A DNA stretch of 64,000 bases from Candidatus Latescibacterota bacterium (GTDB taxonomy: Bacteria; Latescibacterota; UBA2968). The notes below the pieces were generated by a model, which was given only the letters and a program-made list of their open reading frames with translations, had not been told where the DNA came from and ran no database searches. Positions 56,010 to 64,000 of the stretch are shown piece by piece. The stretch is from the NCBI GenBank assembly GCA_965198115.1, contig OZ240241.1:2176001-2240000 (forward strand). The letters are read 5' to 3'. Position 1 is the first letter of the stretch, and each line of letters begins with the position of its first letter. The translations under genes were made by a program, and so were the position numbers.

Positions 56010-56053
56010 CTCTCGGCACCTCCGGACAGCATAGATGATGTGGAAATAGAACT

Positions 56054-57525
56054 GGTGTTGTGCCTATCGTAGTTGAAACTTAGAGGGCTCCAAACTTACG
56101 TTGGGTAGACGTGTAGGAGCGTATACCCGTAAGAAAGGAGCCCAGATGGAGAAGCTATTTGTAGGCGATGGTGAAGTCAAGGTTGAGGGCGATGTCATCG
56201 ATTTGGAGACGCGTTTGTCGGTGATCCAGGCGTTGATCCCGTTGGGTCTGGAGGCAGTGGCAGACCTCCTCCAGCAGGAGGTCGAGCAGCTCGCAGGCGT
56301 TCGGTATGCGCGCAAAGGTTCGGAGCAGGCGCATCGTCGGTGGGGAAGCCAGAAGGGATCCGTGTATCTGATGGACCAGAAGCTCCCGTTAGACGTTCCC
56401 CGGGTGCGCGACGTCGAGGCCGACGCAGAGGTTTCCCTGGCTGCATACCGGGCTCTACAGACGCCCAAGAAGACGGACGAGGGGCTGTTGCTTCGTGTTC
56501 TCAAGGGGATCTCGTGCCGCAACTACAAGGCCTGTGCCGAATCGGTTCCAGAAGCGTTTGGTATCTCAGCGTCCTCCGTCTCGCGGCGGTTCATCAAAGC
56601 CACCGCGAAGAAGCTGAAGCAGTTCCAGGAGCGTCCCCTCGACGACTACGGCTTCGTGACCCTGTTCATTGACGGAAAGAGCTTTGCCGACGAAGAGATC
56701 GTGATCGCTCCGGGGGTCACGATGGACGGCCAGAAGATCCCCCTGGGCTTCGTCGAATCGGCGACGGAGAACGAACGGATCTGCCGCCAGCTGATCCAGG
56801 ACCTCATCCGGAGAGGCCTGTGCTACGACCAGGGCCTTCTCGTTGTGCTTGACGGCTCAAAGGGACTCCGCAGTGCTGTCACCAAAGCCCTCAAAGGGTA
56901 TGTGCGCGTGCATCGCTGTCAGTGGCACAAGCGCGAGAATGTCGTCAGCTATCTCCCGGAGAGGGAACGTCCAAGAGTTCGACGGAAGCTCCAGAAAGCC
57001 TATGACTGCGACACCTACGAGAATGTCGTCAGCTATCTCCCGGAGAGGGAACGTCCAAGAGTTCGACGGAAGCTCCAGAAAGCCTATGACTGCGACACCT
57101 ACGAGGAGGCAAAGGCCGCACTCGAATCACTTAAACCCGAACTGAAGCTGATGAATCAGTCTGCCGTAACGAGCCTCGAGGAAGGCCTGGAGGAAACCCT
57201 GACCCTCCACCGGCTGGGTATGCTCCCATTCCTGAAACGAAGCTTCCGAACCACCAACTGCATCGAAGCCCTCAACAGCAGGACCGGCGAGCTCACTCGG
57301 AAGGTCAGACGCTGGAACAACTCTCCCCAGAGACACAGATGGGTGGCTGCCGCACTCCTCGACATCGAACCTCGCCTGCGACGCGTGAGCGGATACAAAC
57401 ATCTTCCCCTACTCAGGCAAGCACTGAACAAAGATCTGAATCTCGACAACGAACAGAATGCTCAAAAGAGAGCCTGACCAAACTACGGGGCCCGATGAGT
57501 TTTCAACTGACTATGGGACTTGACC
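56054..57525 (+). mobile_element. IS256-family element; transposase 56146-57477 with 84-bp in-frame duplication
   Basis: IRs ggtgttgtgcctatcgtagttgaaact / ggtcaagtcccatagtcagttgaaaact; 8-bp TSD atagaact; FIDGK, VLDGSKGL, RCQWHK, RTTNCIE. Confidence 0.93.
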
Positions 57526-57602
57526 ATAGAACTCGTGTGAATTGAAAAGGCGATGACTGGTCCACCTGATTCTTGATTCTCACATCATTCTATCCACGAT
57601 AC

Positions 57603-58118
57603 CTACTTCGTTCTCGGCTTGACGTCGATCGCCCGGATGATGACCGGCACGGGCCAGAACCGCCCGTGATGAGGTTCCTTTTCTCCGGGAGGGAGAAAAT
57701 ACCACTGATTGGGCTTCATCTGTCCCAGCTCGGAAGGGAGTTGCGGTAGCTTCTTCGGGTCGAGACCCGCTTCGATCAGCTGCTCGGCATTGATGAAATC
57801 GACCACGTCCTCCTGTGTATTCAGTGGATCTGTAGCAAAGTGTGTCATATGCCCGCCCCTGGTGATTCCCCCACCCGCTTGAAAGCAGTATTCGCCGCTC
57901 ACGTGCGTCGCGTCGACGACGATGTCCGGTCGCAAAGCAATCAGATTGGCAATTGTGGCGAGCTCGCGTGCTACCATCTGAGCGGTGCCGCGCGCCATTC
58001 TGCCCTGTTTCTCATACTCTTCCCTGTTCTTACCATCAGTCTGGCCGGGACTGTGAGATACGAACATTGTAATAGCCACGAGCGCTGTCCCGATCGTGAT
58101 CGCGTGTCTGTGTTCCAT
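57603..58118 (-). CDS. Hypothetical secreted protein
   Basis: AGGAGG RBS, signal-peptide-like N-terminus. Confidence 0.65.
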   Translation of the reverse strand: MEHRHAITIGTALVAITMFVSHSPGQTDGKNREEYEKQGRMARGTAQMVARELATIANLIALRPDIVVDATHVSGEYCFQAGGGITRGGHMTHFATDPLNTQEDVVDFINAEQLIEAGLDPKKLPQLPSELGQMKPNQWYFLPPGEKEPHHGRFWPVPVIIRAIDVKPRTK

Positions 58119-58497
58119 GGTACCCTCCTGTTCTTCGAGCCGTGTATGCCCTGAATCCCGCGGAACGAATGTGTCGGAGATACGACTTCACTTGCCGGTC
58201 CTCTTCGATATTGGACATTGGGAGATGAACATCGGAATAAACGGCGTTCTCTCGTTCCCAGGCAAGGGAATCTGGTTCAGCAAGGAGGCCCTTTTCGCGG
58301 CTATCCCGCAAAACTATATTGGCGCCTCTGAGGAGCGGGCCCCTGCAGGCTCTGGTAGTCGAGTGCTGCGCAGACAGTGATCTGGGAGAAAATCGACTGC
58401 AGCGCTTGGAGCCGATCGATACACTTACCGGCGCTGCCGAGTCGTGTTTGATAGACCGAGCTCTCTAATTAGAAGTTCGGCCCAGGAGATCTGATAG

Positions 58498-60540
58498 ATG
58501 ATCAGGATTGACGCGGAAACAGGCCGTATGTGGTGCCCTGACAAGGGGATTGATTTTGCCGACCGTCCATACGTGTACTCGCTGCGCGGACGAGTGGCAG
58601 ATCGAGAAGTGGTTGAGGCTGGACTCGGTGCCAAGACCGTCACCACGAACGAGGACGGCATTGTCGTGCGGGGGATGTTCGAAGCGCTGCAGATCGAGTT
58701 GATGCAGCGCTTCCGCAACACGTCAGACGGCGTGGAAGAGACGATTGCCTTCAAGAACCTCGGCGACGAGTCGGTAACGCTTTCAGACATTGGGCTGGGA
58801 TTCGCCGCGGACCTGGACGGACGACCGACCTGGCGGTTGTGTGCCATCCCATTTCGCGTGCAACTGGACGGAAGCCGTCACGACTATTCCAGCATCGATC
58901 TGATCGAGGGCGATTTCAGCAACGCCGTCTACCGGGACGAAACTCGTCCTGAGCCCCCGCTTGTGGAAGAAGGCCGCCTTCGTTCCGAGGCCTGAGCCTG
59001 GTGGGCGGATGGGCTCGGTCTGCTCGTGGCGAAGTACAACAACGCCGATGTCGAGCTCTCCGTGGCGGCGCCGCTGAGGTTGGAAGATCGGACGGCACTC
59101 CGGTTCGGCGGCGTGGGCACGTGCCTCTACGGCGAACCCAGCAGGGGGCATGCTCTGGCGCCCGGGCAGTCCTTCACGTTCGGGACAACGCACTACCTGC
59201 TCGTGGAGGGGGTGATCGAAGATGCGTTCGTTCGCTACCGCGAGCTCCTCGACCGCCACGGCCACGGTGTCCCAGTCGACTACGACCCGCCTGTCAACTG
59301 GAATGAGCTCTACGACGTCGGCTGGTTCAGTTCCGACCGCGAAAAGCTGAAATCACACTACACCCGGGACGCGCTGCTCCGGGAGGCAGAGAAGGCCCGG
59401 GCCTGCGGCTGCGAACTCCTCTATCTCGACCCTGGTTGGGAGGTTGCCGAAGGCACAACCCTTTGGGATGAGGACCGACTGGGAACGGTGGAGCGCTTCG
59501 CCGCTGTGTTGCAGGAGGACTATGGGCTGGAAATGGGCTTTCGCACGATCCTCCGATGTTACCGGGACCACTGGGATCAGCGGCACGTTATCCAGCACCC
59601 GAAGGCCCCCAAGGCGCCGGTCGAGTGGGGAGGTCAAAATCTCTGGGAGCTCTGTCTCTGCGATCCCTCATTCCGGGAACAGAAGATCGAGCGAATCCTG
59701 GACGTTGCCAGTTGTGGAAGCCGCTTTCTGATGGTCGATGAGATGGACTGGCGCGGTCCGTGCCACGACCCCAAGCACGGTCACGACGTTCCCACGAAGG
59801 CAACCGACCATGCTCGCGCCGTCTACGAGCTATGTCGTGAACTCAAGCGCCGTTGCCCCGAACTCACGCTCGAGTGTCACGATCCCGTCTGGCCCTGGCA
59901 CACCTGCATTTACTTACCTACCTACTTCCAACAGGGCTTCGGAGACCAGGGTGCCTACGAAGAGAACTGGGGCTTCGAATACATGTGGAACTGCCTCGAA
60001 GACCTGCGCAGTGGAAAAGCACTTGCGCTCTACTACTACAACCTCTCCTGCAACATTCCTCTGTACCTTCACATCACCATGGCGGCAGACAACGACAACT
60101 GCCTGTTTTTCTGGTGGGCGGCGTCCACCGTTCGCCACCTGGGAATTGGCGGAAAACACGGTCACCCATCTGTCACCCCCAAGTCTCTGCCCAAGTACGA
60201 CCCCGAACGTCGATTCGCTGCTTACCAAAAGCAGATGACGCTCTACAAGCGGCTCAAGCCTTACTTCACGCGTGGCACTTTCCACGGCCTCCGTGAAAAC
60301 ACGCACCTGCATACCCTCCCTGGGCGGAGGGGTGGAGTGCTGTTGATGTTCAACATAACGGAAGTGGATCAGGCAATAGAAGCCCGGATTGACCAAAGAC
60401 TGCTTCAGACCGGCGGCCGCCCGCAGGTCGAAGGGGCTGTTGCCATCACCGAAGAGGGCGTGCTATGCATCCGGGCGGACATTCCTGCAATGTCAGCAAC
60501 GGTCGTTCGTATTGGCGATGCCGTCGAAAGGGGCGAATGA
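58498..60540 (+). pseudogene. GH36/alpha-galactosidase-like protein with in-frame TGA at 58993-58995
   Basis: Two ORFs in the same frame (RSEA*AWWADG); PPVNWNELY, LLYLDPGW, MVDE. Confidence 0.65.
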
Positions 60541-60545
60541 GGGGA

Positions 60546-60604
60546 GCCGAACAAAGGCATCGAGGCGTCGTCCTGAAGGCCGCACCTCATGGCACACGTT
60601 CGGC
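60546..60604 (+). other. attC recombination site (59-base element)
   Basis: GCCGAAC-N5-CAT(C)GAGG ... CCTCATG-N6-GTTCGGC; 5 bp after a stop codon and 13 bp before the next ATG. Confidence 0.75.
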
Positions 60605-60617
60605 GTAGAAGGACCAT

Positions 60618-61229
60618 ATGAATCGGCATTCGATAGTCCTGAGGCCCGCCAACCCCACGTTCGATGAAGGTCTGGCATTTGCACGCTACCTTGACGAAGC
60701 AGCCGAGGGGTTCTTTCGTTTTATGCTCGGTCCCCGCGTCGGGTACATAACCGCTACGGCGTTCGCCCAGTCCGACCACGACCTCTCCTACCAGAATGTG
60801 ACTTTCGCAGAACGTGACAACGTCATTGTGGGAATGGCCTTGGGGTACACCGCGGAGCAGCATCGCCGTTCCTCGCGCCAACCCCTGAAGCGGGCTGCCG
60901 GAAGGCGTAATCTACGCATGAGGATCGTGCTCATCCTGTTTGCTCCACTCATGCGGATTATCGATTCAATCGCCGATGGCGATTTCTACCTCCACGCCAT
61001 CGCTGTCGATGAGGAAGTTCGCGGCGATGGCGTCGGCTCCGTCTTGATGGACGCCCTTGAAGAGCGGGCTCGCGCGAGCGGATCGACTCGACTATCCCTC
61101 GACGTTTCAGCGAAGAATGAGGGCGCTCGTCGATTCTACCAGCGCCGCGGGATGACCGTCGAGTCGCAATGGCCGAAGCGATTGGCTATACCGGGATTGA
61201 AGCTCTATCGAATGATAAAAGAGTTCTGA
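60618..61229 (+). CDS. GNAT acetyltransferase
   Basis: YLHAIAVDEEVRGDGVGS, NEGARRFYQRRG. Confidence 0.9.
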   Translation: MNRHSIVLRPANPTFDEGLAFARYLDEAAEGFFRFMLGPRVGYITATAFAQSDHDLSYQNVTFAERDNVIVGMALGYTAEQHRRSSRQPLKRAAGRRNLRMRIVLILFAPLMRIIDSIADGDFYLHAIAVDEEVRGDGVGSVLMDALEERARASGSTRLSLDVSAKNEGARRFYQRRGMTVESQWPKRLAIPGLKLYRMIKEF

Positions 61230-61706
61230 GCTTCATCGGGTCCCTCTTCGACGGCATACTTGGCCGTGGGGCACCAGAACGCGAGAACGATCTGACTAGA
61301 CGAGGTAACCGGTGCGATACCTGGAAATGAGACGCCACTGGCTGCGAGAGCAACCGAATGAACACCTCTCGCAACAAGGGGTGGATCTGGCTAGACGCAT
61401 CGGACAGGAAGCCCACACACAATGACTACCCCACGGCTCCGCATAAGTGTAGGCTTGCTGGTGGCCTACCACACCCCTCCCACCCACACGCGCTTCTCCG
61501 CACGTCGCAAGCCTTTGTCCGTTAGCCGACACGCAGAAACCCGTTATGAAACCCAAAGTCATCGTCTTTGATCTATTCGACCGAACCCTGACGATTCCAC
61601 TCGTTTTCTTGTTGCACGACTCAGCGAGACCTGATTATCGCTGCACATCATGATGTGATTAATGCCCGGACACCCCCCAATCCCAGTCGTGTAGAGGAGT
61701 TCAACC

Positions 61707-62654
61707 ATGCCCGATCTGGAAGTTCGGCGATTGGGACGTACAGAGATGAAACCGAGGGCGCTTGGATTGGGTGGAGGGCATCTCGGTTTTCCCGAGCAGT
61801 CCGATGAAAACGCCACGACGACGATTCGGGAGGCCATCGAGCTGGGCATCAACTTCGTCGACACGTCTCCATACTACGGCGACAGTGAGCGTCGGGTCGG
61901 TCTGGCATTGGCAGGTGGATGGCGGGAAAAGGTGTACCTGCAAACCAAGGTGGGCTCTCATCCGCGATTTCTCCGAGATTTTTCTAAAGAAGCGACGACG
62001 TGGAGCCTGGAGAACAGCTTCAAACAACTACAGACAGACTATGTCGATTCGGTGCTCATTCACGGGCCACGCTACGACGTTGAAGAACCGCTCGGGGCCT
62101 GCCTGGATGTGCTGGTCGATTGGAAAGGGAAAGGGTGCATCGGTCACATCGGTATCGGTGTGCGACAGCACGAATTTCACAGGCGGGCCATTGAAACAGG
62201 CGAGATGGACCTTGTATTGTCGTTCCTGGACTACACCTTGCTTTGTCAGTCCCTCGCCGAAACGACGATTCCTCTGGCATTGGAACACGACGTAGGAATC
62301 CTTTTGGGCAGCCCATTGGGCGGGTCGCTTCTGGCGGGTCCAGAACCGATCATCAGGAAAGAGGTGACCCACGATGAAGACGGAAACCTCATACCCGCGC
62401 TCGCAGGCAGTCTGACAGACCCGGCCGTGTATCCGCGCGTGCACCGAATGTGGGCCTGGTGTCGTGAACGAGACCTGAACATCCGAGACCTGGCCATACA
62501 GTTCGCGCTCAATGCGCCCGTTAAAGGCAATGGCATGGTCCTGACAGGACCGGCCGGTCCAGAGGAGTTTCACGAGGTCTATGAGAGCGCCACGACGGAG
62601 GTGTCGGAAGTGGTATGGCAGGACTTTGAGTTCGAGTTCGGTGTAAGGATCTAG
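61707..62654 (+). CDS. Aldo/keto reductase
   Basis: RRLGRT, GINFVDTSPYYG.SE, QTKVG, LIHG. Confidence 0.92.
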   Translation: MPDLEVRRLGRTEMKPRALGLGGGHLGFPEQSDENATTTIREAIELGINFVDTSPYYGDSERRVGLALAGGWREKVYLQTKVGSHPRFLRDFSKEATTWSLENSFKQLQTDYVDSVLIHGPRYDVEEPLGACLDVLVDWKGKGCIGHIGIGVRQHEFHRRAIETGEMDLVLSFLDYTLLCQSLAETTIPLALEHDVGILLGSPLGGSLLAGPEPIIRKEVTHDEDGNLIPALAGSLTDPAVYPRVHRMWAWCRERDLNIRDLAIQFALNAPVKGNGMVLTGPAGPEEFHEVYESATTEVSEVVWQDFEFEFGVRI

Positions 62655-62714
62655 CCAGAGACTTTCGGCTGGGAGTGACTCCGAACCGACCATGGTTGCA
62701 AAACGAGGAATCTA

Positions 62715-63098
62715 ATGGCCCGCAGAGATTGGTATTGTGAGGATGTCTTGAGCGGTAAGCTCAAAGTTGAGACGATTTGGGAAAACGACGATGTGCTCGC
62801 CTTCGACCATCCAAGGCCCGTCGAGCCGGTTCACGTGGTCGTCATTCCAAAGAAGCACGTTTCCTCGATCATGGACCCCCAAGCACTGGAGCCCGACCTG
62901 CTTGTGTCCATGGTGACTGCGGTTCAGGAATCTGCGAAGCGGAAGGGAATCGACGACCCGGGGTTCAGAGTCAAAACGGGCGCGATAGCCCCGGGCGTGA
63001 CCCCTCATATGCATTGGCACGTCCTGGGACCGGGAATCCCTCCCCTCGATTGGGAAAGCCTTGTCCAGGGAATGAAAGAACAACGGGAAAGTCAGTAG
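62715..63098 (+). CDS. HIT family protein
   Basis: HVVVIPKKH, PHMHWHVL. Confidence 0.9.
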   Translation: MARRDWYCEDVLSGKLKVETIWENDDVLAFDHPRPVEPVHVVVIPKKHVSSIMDPQALEPDLLVSMVTAVQESAKRKGIDDPGFRVKTGAIAPGVTPHMHWHVLGPGIPPLDWESLVQGMKEQRESQ

Positions 63099-63192
63099 AA
63101 CGCCGCGCTACGAATGACCAAGAGCCGGCTTCCACCACCCTCGGACATGGCAAGCCGGCACACCTAGGACACGAATCACGGAGGTCCGAAAG

Positions 63193-64000
63193 ATGCAAGA
63201 CCTGTTTTCGCTGGAGGGAAAAATCGCATTGGTGACCGGTGGCTCGACGGGAATCGGGGCGATGATAGCCGAGGGATTTGTCAATTTTGGGGCGAAAGTC
63301 TACATCGCCGCGCGCAGAGAAGAGGTCCTGAAACAGAAACAAGAGGAGTTGGCGGAAATCGGCCCCTGCGAGTATATCGTCGCCGATGTAGGTTCGGTCG
63401 CCGGCATAAAGAGCCTGGCGGAGACCTACGGTGAAAGGGAGCAGTCGCTCGATATTCTGGTGAACAACGCCGGAACCAGCGACGGTCGCAGGGAGATCGA
63501 GGATGTGACGGAGGAAACCTGGGACGCGGTGATGGATCTCAATATCAAATCCATCTTCTTCATGGTCCAGGCGTTTCTACCATACCTTCGAGTGGGGGCT
63601 TCACCCGAGACGCCGAGGAATGTGATCAACATAGCATCAATCGACGGCTGCGGTAAGCTCAACACCTCATACAACTATGCCTACGGTGCCAGCAAAGCAG
63701 GCGTCATACAGTTGGATCGACTCCTGGGTGACAGCTTGGCCTGGGAGGGGATTCACGTAAACACACTTTCACCGGGTGACTTCCCTTCCGATCTGAACAA
63801 GGCGGCCCGGGATCATACCGACGATATGAAGAAGTCCATCCCGGCCAAGCGGATCGGGGAAAGGGACAATATCGCCGGTACCGCCATATATCTCGCTTCG
63901 CGAGCGGGTAACTTCAACGTGGGCTCCAACATAGTTGTGGACGGCGGAGAAAGCGTGCGTGGCATCCAGCGGGCGTTCTTTGCGAAGATTTTTCCCGATT
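63193..64000 (+). CDS. SDR family oxidoreductase (runs off window end)
   Basis: TGGSTGIG, LVNNAG, YGASKAG, VVDGG. Confidence 0.9.
   Translation, partial: MQDLFSLEGKIALVTGGSTGIGAMIAEGFVNFGAKVYIAARREEVLKQKQEELAEIGPCEYIVADVGSVAGIKSLAETYGEREQSLDILVNNAGTSDGRREIEDVTEETWDAVMDLNIKSIFFMVQAFLPYLRVGASPETPRNVINIASIDGCGKLNTSYNYAYGASKAGVIQLDRLLGDSLAWEGIHVNTLSPGDFPSDLNKAARDHTDDMKKSIPAKRIGERDNIAGTAIYLASRAGNFNVGSNIVVDGGESVRGIQRAFFAKIFPD

Overview
GC-rich bacterial chromosomal window with no rRNA, tRNA or CRISPR array. It has heavy insertion-sequence activity: six copies of one ~1.42 kb ISL3 element (three in a head-to-tail array), two different IS256-family elements, an IS1380 fragment and an IS3 terminal remnant. 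An alternative complex III (Act) / caa3 cytochrome c oxidase operon (8.2-17 kb) carries several independent lesions. Other content includes ssb and many carbohydrate/sugar-acid catabolic enzymes (sulfatase, GH42, UxuA-like, PhyH, Gfo/Idh/MocA, a duplicated beta-propeller-like hydrolase), plus small GNAT/VOC genes. The most notable unexplained structures are (i) a canonical 59-bp attC site that makes a 2-kb GH36-like gene look like an integron cassette, with no integrase in view; (ii) two convergent tiny ORFs with a shared C-terminal motif, each behind a sigma28-type promoter; (iii) two in-frame TGA codons at apparent Trp positions; and (iv) heptamer repeats abutting stop codons. Many single-base frameshifts could be long-read errors rather than real pseudogenes. 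All product calls come from recognised motifs, not database searches.
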